A stretch of DNA of 64,000 nucleotides from a virus: the IMG/VR virus record IMGVR_UViG_3300031857_000094, positions 1-64,000 of that record; one strand, given 5' to 3'. The position numbers were made by a program, and so were the translations under genes. Numbering within the stretch: the stretch's first letter is position 1; every line of letters begins with the position of its first letter. The notes beneath the pieces were generated by a model, which did no database searches, was not told where the DNA came from, and worked only from the letters and a program-made list of their open reading frames with translations. Shown here piece by piece: positions 30,256-39,896 of the stretch.

Positions 30256-32079
30256 TTAGTATTTAATTGCTATTTTGAAATCTTCTGTCTGAGCAGGATC
30301 GCGGAGAACAGCTTCTCTATTTTCAGTATATATGACAAAACCAGTGTGGGGTTTTGTAGCAGGTTTCGTTAGTGAAACTACGTTGGCTGTGATAGATGAA
30401 GTCAATCCTGTCAATGTTTCTCCAGGAGTAAACGATCCACCAGTTCCATTGGTTACTACACGAATGACTTTCGCGACACCTTTGGTTCTAGAAGCATTTG
30501 AGTTGGCAAAATAAACAAGTCGTGCCTTTGCACCGCTCGTTGATCCAACTACAATTTCATCCTCAACGAAATCGCCCGTAACTAACTCTACACCTATTCT
30601 GGTTGTCTGATCGATAACAGTAGAGTTGGCATATGAACCGTTAGCAAGAATAGGATCTCTAAGAATACCAATCAAACGGAAATCGTTGTTTGTTGGGAAC
30701 GTATTCGATTCTGATCCGCTAGTGCGAATGTTCAAGAAGATAGTCGTTCCACCAAGCTCGTCGACTGGATCTGATCCATGACCGTTGAGTGGTGAAATGA
30801 TAGGACGAGCCGTTGCACCAAAACCATGCGAAGAGTTAGCAGTAATCGTAGCATTCGCTGACGAATACGAACGACCCTGATTAATTATGGTGATCTTACG
30901 AACACTACCACCAGTCGTACTTGATACATACGCAGTCGCGCGCGAAGTAGTCGTTCCACCTGAATCGCCACGAATAGTAACGAGCGGAGAAATCACATAA
31001 CGACTTGATGTGGTAGGCGTGACAGTAAAAGCTGAGTTAACAATTAAAGTGTTGTTAGATCCCCAATACTTTACAATTTTACGAAGCTCTCCCGCGGCGG
31101 GTCCTTCACTTATAAACAAACCAGAACCAACATAAGTTCCGTCGATACCAGAAGAAGTTGACTGCAATTTCATTACTGTTGTACTCGTAACAGTGTGAAA
31201 CGTATTTGTTGTATGAAGATATCCAGCGCCGTCAGCGATAACCTTAACGTGATGAATTGAACCGTTACCCGATGTGCGAGCGTTTTGTTGCACCGTCCAC
31301 TGCGCACTATTACTGCTGGATGTTAAAGTTTTAACTGGCATATAATCAACAGTCAAAAACTGAGTGCGTTCTCCAGACTCGATGGTATACATGTATTTCC
31401 AACGATATCCATCGGCTGTCGTTTCGATAGATGTTCCAGTTGTCGTTGGTTTTACAGTTGAGTTGGCTCCACGATTATTATCAATGCACTTATACACATT
31501 GTAATCGTCCGTCATCATAAAGAAACGGAGCGATCCAGGCGCAGCCGTCAATGAAACTACTGCTTTATCGTCCCACTCATTGTAAAACGTATTATTAGCC
31601 CAATTGACGCGAGGAATGGCATGAGTCGCATCTGAAGACTGAATTTTCTTCATGGATGTGATGTCGTCAACTAAATCGTAGTTAACGTTGAAGTAACTTG
31701 GCGTTACAGCTGGAGGTTGAGATTCAGAAAACGTCTTACGAATATAAGCGTTTGCTCCAGTTGTGTTAGCGCCAGATGGTCTCGGTGTAACAACAATAGT
31801 TTGTGCAGTCGGAATAGAGTGAACACGAACTACTGTCGACTGACCAGTAATACCAATTCTATCACCAACGGCAAGCTCTGTCGTAAAGTATGTGCCTATG
31901 CCTACGATAGTATTAGAACTCGTCGTCGTTTTTACAGTCCCCGCGATAGGAATCGCATTAGCATATTGTTGAGGTTTCCCGATGAAAAAGTAATAGCGAG
32001 TAGGTGCTGCTTCGTTCAGTCCCTCAAGGAACTGTTGGGCGTTCAGCACTCTAAATCGACGAGGTACTAATCCTGGCAT
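30256..32079 (-). CDS. gp8: Baseplate wedge subunit
   Basis: YFFIGKPQ, YNVYKCIDN, DGYRWKYMY, GHGSDPVDELG, QTEDFKIAIKY. Confidence 0.85.
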   Translation of the reverse strand: MPGLVPRRFRVLNAQQFLEGLNEAAPTRYYFFIGKPQQYANAIPIAGTVKTTTSSNTIVGIGTYFTTELAVGDRIGITGQSTVVRVHSIPTAQTIVVTPRPSGANTTGANAYIRKTFSESQPPAVTPSYFNVNYDLVDDITSMKKIQSSDATHAIPRVNWANNTFYNEWDDKAVVSLTAAPGSLRFFMMTDDYNVYKCIDNNRGANSTVKPTTTGTSIETTADGYRWKYMYTIESGERTQFLTVDYMPVKTLTSSSNSAQWTVQQNARTSGNGSIHHVKVIADGAGYLHTTNTFHTVTSTTVMKLQSTSSGIDGTYVGSGLFISEGPAAGELRKIVKYWGSNNTLIVNSAFTVTPTTSSRYVISPLVTIRGDSGGTTTSRATAYVSSTTGGSVRKITIINQGRSYSSANATITANSSHGFGATARPIISPLNGHGSDPVDELGGTTIFLNIRTSGSESNTFPTNNDFRLIGILRDPILANGSYANSTVIDQTTRIGVELVTGDFVEDEIVVGSTSGAKARLVYFANSNASRTKGVAKVIRVVTNGTGGSFTPGETLTGLTSSITANVVSLTKPATKPHTGFVIYTENREAVLRDPAQTEDFKIAIKY

Positions 32080-32651
32080 TATGCAGACGCAGTATAAGTT
32101 ACGTTAACAACGTCACCGTTACCAATGGTCTTATCGCCACCTGTGAACAGACCTGCTGAGTAAAGTGAACCAGAGTATCCACCCTTAGCCGCAGCTAGAC
32201 CAGTTCCAGTGTTAGCCATCAGGAACGTACCTTTGATTGTGTTGGCTGAAGTAATCGAGAACACAGCAGCTGTTGAAGTCGCCTTCGAGCCGCTTGATGC
32301 TGCTGAAAACGATGGTGGGCGACGAGTTGTCTGTGAGTAACCTGTGAACTCAGTCCAGCCCGTATGTGAGTTAGCTGTATCGCCAGCAGCAACAGCAGTA
32401 TAACCTGTTGAGCTGATCAGACCAAGAAATACTTTTCCAGTGTATGCAGAACCAGCTAGATACGTATCTAGAAGATGATTCTTGCCCTGAGTTGTAACAA
32501 GATTACTAAACTCTTCTTCCCACTTTAGGTTTCCATGCGCATCAAAACATTGTGCAACATACTTACCTGTTACATTAACCTCTTCCATATTACCTGCTCC
32601 TCTAACGACTGTAGCGTCGGCGTGAGTTGTTGATTTGATTGATTCTGTCAT
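32079..32651 (-). CDS. Probable virion structural protein
   Basis: KWEEEFSNLVTTQG..GDVVNVTYT; has its own late promoter. Confidence 0.6.
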   Translation of the reverse strand: MTESIKSTTHADATVVRGAGNMEEVNVTGKYVAQCFDAHGNLKWEEEFSNLVTTQGKNHLLDTYLAGSAYTGKVFLGLISSTGYTAVAAGDTANSHTGWTEFTGYSQTTRRPPSFSAASSGSKATSTAAVFSITSANTIKGTFLMANTGTGLAAAKGGYSGSLYSAGLFTGGDKTIGNGDVVNVTYTASA

Positions 32652-32666
32652 AATGCTTCCTATCCG

Positions 32667-32674
32667 TATTTATA
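32667..32674 (-). promoter_or_regulatory. Late promoter TATAAATA
   Basis: Exact consensus, intergenic. Confidence 0.7.
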
Positions 32675-32681
32675 ACTAGAT

Positions 32682-35087
32682 TTAGGACACAGTAGCGTCA
32701 ACTGTATCGTATAGATTAATTGTGATATCACCAACTGGAGTGCTTTGCTCAGAAGACACTAAGTTATCTTGATAGTTCAAGATCAATACGCCAAATATTC
32801 CGTTGGCCGTAATCGTCGCGTTTTCTGCAACAACAGTCGTGATCGACTCTGATATTGAAGTATTAGCGATAAATGTAGCATCAGGAGTTTCAGTAGGAGT
32901 GATAGATTCTGAAGCAAACGTATTAGCAATAAATGTAGCATCAGGAGTTTCAACGGATGTAATTGATTCCGTGATGTTTGTATTAGCAGTGAATGTTGCG
33001 GTGTGTGTTGCATCAGTCGAAACAGAATCAGTTACGCTCATACCGTAATTGTATTCTGCTGTCGCTGTTTCTGTTACCGCCGCCGTAATAGGCTCTCTCA
33101 CTACGCCGCGAGCAACGCTTGGCGCTTCGTCGATAACTGTGATATTTACATTCGCAGTCGAGCTAATAACGTAATCACCGAACAACTTGACGCCCGCTGG
33201 ATGAACGAGAGCCTTAATGATATCACGATACTTACTCAGCATCTGATTGACGCGAATAACGTATGAAAACTCTTGATAGTAGAAGTTATCTTGCAGCTTA
33301 TTGTTCCAGCTCAGGAAACCTTTAGTGTCGATATAACGACCTGGGAACGAAACGAAACCAGATGGTCTGGCTGTTCCAAAACCTGAGTATGTTTTCTTGC
33401 GATTCAGAGATCTATTGCTCGATGCTCCATTCGCGAAAGAGCTGCTTAAAGTTTGAATGATTGCCGCATTAGACTGCGTCAAGTTAAAGATTGTAGCATC
33501 TTCATACTTGTTAAAGTTTGAGCCAGAAGTTGTGACGCGGATTTTCGAAATTGAACCAGGCGCATTATCTGCTACAACAACTGCATTGTTACCGTGGAAA
33601 TTGCCATATCCATCTGATAGATTCAATCTTCTAATGAAATCATCTACGATTGTAATCGTAGGTAGCGAAGTGCTGTATCCCTTACCTGGATTAATAAGAG
33701 TGATTGCGTTGATTGAATAGAGCGATGTGGTACTGAATGTAAGAGCACTGACTAGTCTCGTGCTAACATTCGCAGCAGCCAAACGAATGTATGCGTTTGC
33801 GCCTGTTACATTTTGGAATGGTGTTTGCGTAGAAACGAACGAATTCGCACTAGTGATGGAATGAACGCGGGCAGTATTAGCTACGCCAAAAATGCGAACG
33901 ATATCACCAACTTGCAACTGCGAAGTAAAGTTTGTTCCAATTCCTGAAATAGTATTGGAAACACTCGATGTTGCAACAGTTCCTGTTAGTTTAGTTGCAA
34001 TTCTAGCTGTATTCGCTCCGCGACGAACAAAGAAAGATGGCGTATCAAGGCGCACATCTTTCATTGGGCCAATGAGATCTGTATTGATCGAAAGACCTGC
34101 AATAGGTTGAGATGTATATGATTCAACCTTTGCTTCGAATCCCGACCCGTTGCCGCCACTTACGAAAAGTCTAGTATTTTCTCTTGTGTATCCAGAACCA
34201 GCTTTCGTGAGTCTAACAGTGACTGCGCTTTTATTGGTAACTTCTGTGATAACGCCAGTCGCGTTTTCAGTAGAGCCAGCGCCGCTGATTTCTACGCTAT
34301 CTCCTAAGTTATGAAATGCACCACCGTCGGTTACATCAATTCCGACGATAGATCCAACTTGAGAGCTGACTGTCGTGAACTCACTAGTATTATCTGCGTT
34401 GATTACTCGTTCGCCATCGTTAAATGTTCCCACTATGTTACGAACAGTCATATCATAAACGAGAAGACCGAGAGCTTCTGTAGCGATAATATCTTCTACG
34501 AATGCAGTGGCTCCAGAAGTTACGCCACGAATGCGCTTACCTTGTAGCGTTCTTGGATTAATGTTAGACGGAGAGCCAACGCGAAGACGAGTTTCCTGTA
34601 CCCAACGTCCGTCAGACGCGCGAAGGATATCGTCGCCAGGATAATAAAAATCAATTTCTTGACCGAAGAGCGCACGGAAAAGGAAACGATATGACTCTTG
34701 CGAACCACGAGTACGATAGAACTCGCGGATGTGTTTAGTCAGCAGACGCTTATTAGCCAAAACGTCTTTAGGAATGTTGATCATAAACTGTTTGCGGAAA
34801 TATTCTACAAACGAATCAATAGTTCTGTCGATGTCTTGATTGTCGCGAATCGCACGAGCGGCATTGATTGCTTTTCCGCTCTGCTCCATATACTCGAAGT
34901 ATGCCTTCATGAAGGCAACGAACTGAGGTCCTTCTTCTCGAATGAACCCAGGTAGCTGAGTTTCAATTTGAGAAGATATCTTTTTCAAAATTTCTTCAGC
35001 ACCCACGATTGCTTTAGCATCAGTATTTGCGTCTGACGCATCACTGGTGGTAATAGATTCTGTGATACTATCTGTAAATGTAGTCAT
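32682..35087 (-). CDS. gp7: Baseplate wedge initiator (gp7-like)
   Basis: IETQLPGFIRE..FMKAYFEY, FYRTRGS.ESYRFLFR, LQDNFYYQEFSYVI, VHPAGVKLFG. Confidence 0.8.
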   Translation of the reverse strand: MTTFTDSITESITTSDASDANTDAKAIVGAEEILKKISSQIETQLPGFIREEGPQFVAFMKAYFEYMEQSGKAINAARAIRDNQDIDRTIDSFVEYFRKQFMINIPKDVLANKRLLTKHIREFYRTRGSQESYRFLFRALFGQEIDFYYPGDDILRASDGRWVQETRLRVGSPSNINPRTLQGKRIRGVTSGATAFVEDIIATEALGLLVYDMTVRNIVGTFNDGERVINADNTSEFTTVSSQVGSIVGIDVTDGGAFHNLGDSVEISGAGSTENATGVITEVTNKSAVTVRLTKAGSGYTRENTRLFVSGGNGSGFEAKVESYTSQPIAGLSINTDLIGPMKDVRLDTPSFFVRRGANTARIATKLTGTVATSSVSNTISGIGTNFTSQLQVGDIVRIFGVANTARVHSITSANSFVSTQTPFQNVTGANAYIRLAAANVSTRLVSALTFSTTSLYSINAITLINPGKGYSTSLPTITIVDDFIRRLNLSDGYGNFHGNNAVVVADNAPGSISKIRVTTSGSNFNKYEDATIFNLTQSNAAIIQTLSSSFANGASSNRSLNRKKTYSGFGTARPSGFVSFPGRYIDTKGFLSWNNKLQDNFYYQEFSYVIRVNQMLSKYRDIIKALVHPAGVKLFGDYVISSTANVNITVIDEAPSVARGVVREPITAAVTETATAEYNYGMSVTDSVSTDATHTATFTANTNITESITSVETPDATFIANTFASESITPTETPDATFIANTSISESITTVVAENATITANGIFGVLILNYQDNLVSSEQSTPVGDITINLYDTVDATVS
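32860..32953. repeat. 60-nt (20-aa) tandem repeat in the gp7-like C-terminus
   Basis: gtattagc(g/a)ataaatgtagcatcaggagtttca twice, 60 nt apart (ETPDATFIANT), with degenerate flanking copies. Confidence 0.8.
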
Positions 35088-36979
35088 TAGAAGCTATACA
35101 ACCTGATTGATGGTGTTTGAATAGTAGCTGTTTGTCCGATAGTTTCAATATTCGAAGCTGTAGCCACAGTTCGATTAGTCTTATCGTCAACGATATCAAC
35201 ACGGGTTTGAGAAATCAACAAGATCTGATTTCTAACAGGACTGATGTTTGGTGAAATTGGCGAAACGAAAACAGAAACGCCAGATCCGCTGTATGCGGAT
35301 GGAAGGAACGAACTGATGTTCACTATTCCAGCTTCATACTCAATAGTTCCTGCCGAGAAGTTAGTATAAACTCTACCAAGGCGCCCAGCGCCAGAGCGAT
35401 AGTATGTTCTTAGTGTGCCAAATCCGTTGTCATCAAAAAACGACTCTTGATCCTGATAAGTGAACGACGATGAAGTTATAGATCCATATCCTGGATGGCG
35501 CGCAACTCCGCTAATCAGTTCTGGAGTACCTAGTCTCTGAATGCCATTGTTGAAGTTGATTGTATAGTTGCTAGAAATCGCTAGATTAGGAACGAACTGT
35601 TTTCTTAAACGAATATTAGCGTTGGTTGTTCTGATAGACTCATCTGTTCCGTCAACATAGTCAAGGAAACGTGAGTATCTAAAGCTCTTATTGAATGTCG
35701 ATAGATTCGTAGATTCAAACTGAATAACACGAGCTGCAACAGCACTAGCCAATTCGCCAGGAGTCAGCGTCGTAAGTGTTGGATCGTATCTGACTGTTAC
35801 TTCTGGAACGATGTAGAGATAGACTGGATCAACGACTTCGATGTCGATTGACTGCACGTTGTATTTACGAACAGCATTAACGATTTCTTGTTTTCTGTTT
35901 TGTGAAAATACAGTTGACGTTTTTGGCTTGGCAGATACAAACACTTTACCATAGATAGGCGGATCGTTTTCTTCGCCACCCCAAACAGAAATAGCTTGAA
36001 TGTCTGGATTTTGTTTCAGAAGGATACGCTCATAATCCTCAGATGTTACTGTGCGATTTTGTGTTTCATAGATACGCGGAGCATTAAATCTGACTGATTC
36101 AATATCTTCGATAGAAGCACCACCAGAAGATCTTCCGATTGGAACTACAGTGATTCCGCTTTGTCCATTGATAGTCGTGTTAACGAGATTGAATGTGTTC
36201 GCGCCATTAGGAGCAGATCCGTTGCATACGCGATACGAAACTGTAATGATAGAAGATGTCGTTGGCTGTTTACCAAGCACATTATCGCCAAATGAAATCT
36301 TATATTTTTTCTGACGATCAGCTTCAATAAAGAAAACTTGAGACGAAGAGTTGGTAGTCATCAAGTCGTCAGCAGGAATATACGTTTGAACGTTTCCGCT
36401 GGCTGTAACTGAAACAGTGATACTTGTTGTATCTACATTTTCGTTAGGAAGAACAAATGATTGATTAGCAGTTCTGTTATAAACGAAACGATGTGTAAGT
36501 GGTGTTCCCTCTTTGATTTCAACGTATCCAGCAAATCCACCAGCACTATTGGCTGTAATTGTATATGTTTGTGGTGTTACGAACACATAGCTCGTTCCAT
36601 TGACAGTCGTAGTGAACTGTGTGTTTTTAGGAACTTGAAGAGAAAGTAATGAAGAGTTAGCTGTAGTTGCAGTAAAAATCAGCTGAACGTTTGCTGTAGA
36701 GCTACGAGCAGAAGTTGGCATATAGCCAAGAGACTTGGCATGAGACACAACGCTATCATACAGCTGAGCTGTATCGATGAATCCCTCGTTCGTAGCCATA
36801 TTCGTATAGAATGCGTTCAGATATGTGTTATACGCAAGCACATCGAGCAACGTACCAAGCGCTGAATCGCTGAAGTCATAGTCAGTAAACTCTGGCTTAG
36901 ATGCGATATAGTTTCGCAGATTCGAACGAATAGAATCGAAGTCTAATCCAGTTACTACAAGATCGGTAGTCGTTGCCAT
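35087..36979 (-). CDS. gp6: Baseplate wedge subunit
   Basis: LDFDSIRSNL, LLDVLAYNTY, QNRTVTSEDY, WGGEENDPPIYGKVF. Confidence 0.95.
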   Translation of the reverse strand: MATTTDLVVTGLDFDSIRSNLRNYIASKPEFTDYDFSDSALGTLLDVLAYNTYLNAFYTNMATNEGFIDTAQLYDSVVSHAKSLGYMPTSARSSTANVQLIFTATTANSSLLSLQVPKNTQFTTTVNGTSYVFVTPQTYTITANSAGGFAGYVEIKEGTPLTHRFVYNRTANQSFVLPNENVDTTSITVSVTASGNVQTYIPADDLMTTNSSSQVFFIEADRQKKYKISFGDNVLGKQPTTSSIITVSYRVCNGSAPNGANTFNLVNTTINGQSGITVVPIGRSSGGASIEDIESVRFNAPRIYETQNRTVTSEDYERILLKQNPDIQAISVWGGEENDPPIYGKVFVSAKPKTSTVFSQNRKQEIVNAVRKYNVQSIDIEVVDPVYLYIVPEVTVRYDPTLTTLTPGELASAVAARVIQFESTNLSTFNKSFRYSRFLDYVDGTDESIRTTNANIRLRKQFVPNLAISSNYTINFNNGIQRLGTPELISGVARHPGYGSITSSSFTYQDQESFFDDNGFGTLRTYYRSGAGRLGRVYTNFSAGTIEYEAGIVNISSFLPSAYSGSGVSVFVSPISPNISPVRNQILLISQTRVDIVDDKTNRTVATASNIETIGQTATIQTPSIRLYSF

Positions 36980-37407
36980 TAGCGGACCTTATTGAGATTG
37001 ATGTCTAGTGTTAGTTGATTCAGAGTCGTGACGTTTCGGAATCTAATCGTAACATACAACTCGTTACTATCACGATTTTCAGTAACGGTTACAGGTTTCG
37101 ACTCTCCGCTAATATCAGCTCTAGGCTCAAAGTTTTCGATCGCGTTAACAATCAAGTTCTCAAAGTCGCTAGCCGCGATATCATCAAAGTTCTCGAACAG
37201 CCTAGAGCGAATATTTCCACCATAGTTCGGAAGAAACGGACGCTCGTAAGTATTAGTCAGAATCAAATTCTTCAAGGCCTGCTTTACAGCATCATCATCT
37301 TTTTTAATCAGCAGCTTTCCCGTCGATGGATGACGACGAAACTGAAGATCAAAATCACGGAACGTGATCTTTTTGAGTGAAGCTGGTAGCGGTCTTTTGT
37401 TATTCAT
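36979..37407 (-). CDS. gp25: Baseplate wedge subunit
   Basis: AVKQALKNLILTN.YERPF, IENFEPRA. Confidence 0.9.
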   Translation of the reverse strand: MNNKRPLPASLKKITFRDFDLQFRRHPSTGKLLIKKDDDAVKQALKNLILTNTYERPFLPNYGGNIRSRLFENFDDIAASDFENLIVNAIENFEPRADISGESKPVTVTENRDSNELYVTIRFRNVTTLNQLTLDINLNKVR

Positions 37408-37423
37408 TGCTTTCCCTTTTCGT

Positions 37424-37431
37424 TATTTATT
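37424..37431 (-). promoter_or_regulatory. Late promoter AATAAATA upstream of gp25
   Basis: TAAATA core, intergenic. Confidence 0.65.
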
Positions 37432-37444
37432 CAGGAAAAAAGTC

Positions 37445-37473
37445 TTGACAATATAACCAAAGACCATTATAAT
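37445..37473 (+). promoter_or_regulatory. Consensus sigma70 promoter, antisense to late genes
   Basis: TTGACA (37445-50), 17 nt, TATAAT (37468-73). Confidence 0.7.
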
Positions 37474-37484
37474 AAGAACTGTGT

Positions 37485-38900
37485 TCAGGCGGTCGTAATA
37501 GCTGTATTCGCTCTTGCTGCTTCGATAGCTTCGTCTTCCTCAATAATAGCCAACGCTTCTAGAACTGGAGTTGTAGGCTTGATTCGTGGATGCTTCTTAA
37601 CTAGATCCTGATATGAATACTTAGTGAGCTTGCTATAGTCAACTTGACTCAATAGCTCCTGAGTTTCCTTTTCGATCTTAGCACTGATTTCCAATCTTCT
37701 CTTTTCCTGCAACTGAGTTGTAGTATTACGACCGTATCCACCTGAACCCCAGTTAACTGTATTAGCATTACCATTTAGCTTTTGATTGTAGGAAGTTTTA
37801 GCAGCAGAGTCAGCTGTAAGATTCGTTTGCGGCGCGATAGTAGAACGGATTCCCATGAACTGTGACAAAGGCTGCTTGAGTGTAGCCATAGCAGATCCAG
37901 CAGCAGCTTCTGCGAACAGATTTTTAAGTTGCACTGGCGGCTTTGGTTTAGGAGGATTAGCTGTTTTCAGCGGCTTCATTGCGTCAAGAACTGGTGTGAT
38001 ACCTGGAGCGGATAGCATCTTAATCGCTCCTCCAGCCATAACCATATTAGGAACCATGCTCTTAATGTTAAATCCCTTACCCCCAAGCGCACCAGCGATT
38101 GCTCCAGCCACCATATTAGATGCTAGTTTGTTTACGTTGATCATCGGGAATGTGCGAGCGATGTATGCAGCTTGAGCCGCAAACGCAGCTGCATTACCTG
38201 CAACAGCAGCAAGATTCGCGACTTCGGACTGTAGATTAACAGCTTTAGCAAGCTCTCCTACACCAGGAATGTCGGATAGGAAATTACCTTTAACTGCTGC
38301 GAAGATAAGTGACGCTGGTCCTTTGACGGCTACATCAAGCAACGTTTTAACTGCTACGATTTGATTTACGATATTGGCTGCTCCACCAACATTAAATGGA
38401 AGCTGCTTGGTTACGTTTCCGATAACAGCTTTAACTGCTTGAACTGGCGCATCTAATCCAGGCGGAAGGAAGTTACTAGCTAGACCAGCGACTGCTCCTA
38501 CAGCTCCGCCCGCAAGAGCACCTTTAATTGCGCTTTCAATTTGATTTTTTGATGTGTATTGGGGCCCGCAGAAGGGATCATTAACAGCAGCCAATGCACC
38601 ATACAGCGCTCCACCAATCGCTCCACCCAACACGCCATCAACGTCTCCTGTGAGAGCTGCTATTAGGCTTGGATCCATTTGATACACTGGAGGAACAAAT
38701 CCTAACGGATCACTCAGCATAAGTGAAACGTTGCGTGTATCTACCAGATCGACGTAGCCGCGTGACAAATCGTCCAACTGATCTACAATAAGATCAAGCC
38801 CAGTATACTGAACTTGTTTACCACATAAAACGAATACGTCTCCTGGAACAACATTAGGATAACGCATTCTTAGTCGAGTGTCAATCTGTAGCTGATCCAT
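37485..38900 (-). CDS. Hypothetical Ala/Gly-rich protein in the baseplate hub cluster
   Basis: 471-aa ORF between the gp5 C-terminal gene and gp25. Confidence 0.65.
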   Translation of the reverse strand: MDQLQIDTRLRMRYPNVVPGDVFVLCGKQVQYTGLDLIVDQLDDLSRGYVDLVDTRNVSLMLSDPLGFVPPVYQMDPSLIAALTGDVDGVLGGAIGGALYGALAAVNDPFCGPQYTSKNQIESAIKGALAGGAVGAVAGLASNFLPPGLDAPVQAVKAVIGNVTKQLPFNVGGAANIVNQIVAVKTLLDVAVKGPASLIFAAVKGNFLSDIPGVGELAKAVNLQSEVANLAAVAGNAAAFAAQAAYIARTFPMINVNKLASNMVAGAIAGALGGKGFNIKSMVPNMVMAGGAIKMLSAPGITPVLDAMKPLKTANPPKPKPPVQLKNLFAEAAAGSAMATLKQPLSQFMGIRSTIAPQTNLTADSAAKTSYNQKLNGNANTVNWGSGGYGRNTTTQLQEKRRLEISAKIEKETQELLSQVDYSKLTKYSYQDLVKKHPRIKPTTPVLEALAIIEEDEAIEAARANTAITTA

Positions 38901-38906
38901 GTTATC

Positions 38907-38975
38907 CTAAAATTGTGCAGGTGTAATCGGTTTGATTGGTTGATTTATTGGTTCTTCTTTCTTTTCGTCAGACAT
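38907..38975 (-). CDS. 22-aa ORF MSDEKKEEPINQPIKPITPAQF
   Basis: Strong SD AAGGAGA upstream; fills the gap; in frame with the next gene across a TAG. Confidence 0.45.
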   Translation of the reverse strand: MSDEKKEEPINQPIKPITPAQF

Positions 38976-38992
38976 AATTAATCTCCTTATTT

Positions 38993-39883
38993 TTATGATG
39001 GATAAAATCCACCTATGCCAGGGATAAGTCCAGCAGTATCGATCTTAGAACCATCATCCGTTTCAACGAGTAATTTACCGCCAGCGCCAATACGAACGTC
39101 GTGATCTTTCGAAAAGATGCCAGCTTTGTATCCTGAAGCGGCCATCAAGGCTCCGCCACTACCACTGCTTATGATATTAATAGCATATTCATCTCGAATA
39201 AATGTTCCTAATTTAGCGTTTGACTGTATCTGTGATTCTGACTTTAAACTCATAATATCAGCAGAAGCGATACCCATCTGACCCCCAGAGCCAAATCCCA
39301 TACCGCCTGCCGATACAACTTGATGCTCGCCACCAGTGAGCGTTGCGTTATGTGAAGCTACGATCTGTGTGTTTTCGCCACCAATCGTTTGTTTATTATC
39401 CGATCCAACAGACTCCGTATTATTTCCACCAGTAATTGTTTCACGATCGCCAGATGTACGATGCGAAGTCTTACCGTTGACTTGAACGCGCTGATCACCA
39501 CCAAACTCCATGATATTTTTGCCAGCAGCTTTTACCTTAAAGTCCCCGTGAGTAACGATCTCGTAATCACCGCGAACTTCATGTTTCAATTTTCCTGTAA
39601 CGTGCATGCAAACGTCACCAGCAATAATTACGCTGAAGTTTCCAGTAACAACTTGATCTATACCTTTATTGAAGATCTGTTGTTCTTTTCCTTCTACCTT
39701 CGTAATTCTAACGCCGTCATCTTTAATTTCAATGCGCGTTCCTGAAGCGTGACGAATATTAATACGCCTATCACCAGGCGTGTTATCGTATTCGACCATG
39801 TGACCAGCTTCTGTGGTTACAACATGATTTCCTAGATATTGGGATTTTTTCCCGCCTGGATCTTCTTCGTTAATTTTTGCCAT
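38993..39883 (-). CDS. gp5: Baseplate spike, gp5 C-terminal beta-helix part
   Basis: NHVVTTEAGHMVEYDNTPGDRRINIRHASGT, then 8-residue VxG repeats. Confidence 0.8.
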   Translation of the reverse strand: MAKINEEDPGGKKSQYLGNHVVTTEAGHMVEYDNTPGDRRINIRHASGTRIEIKDDGVRITKVEGKEQQIFNKGIDQVVTGNFSVIIAGDVCMHVTGKLKHEVRGDYEIVTHGDFKVKAAGKNIMEFGGDQRVQVNGKTSHRTSGDRETITGGNNTESVGSDNKQTIGGENTQIVASHNATLTGGEHQVVSAGGMGFGSGGQMGIASADIMSLKSESQIQSNAKLGTFIRDEYAINIISSGSGGALMAASGYKAGIFSKDHDVRIGAGGKLLVETDDGSKIDTAGLIPGIGGFYPS

Positions 39884-39896
39884 AATTTATCCTATC

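Noticed and set aside
30256-32079. Enrichment of canonical N-X-S/T sequons
   Set aside because: Hand count in gp8 (about 11 of 38 Asn) is close to what its high Ser/Thr content predicts; only the Ala-Asn bias was retained
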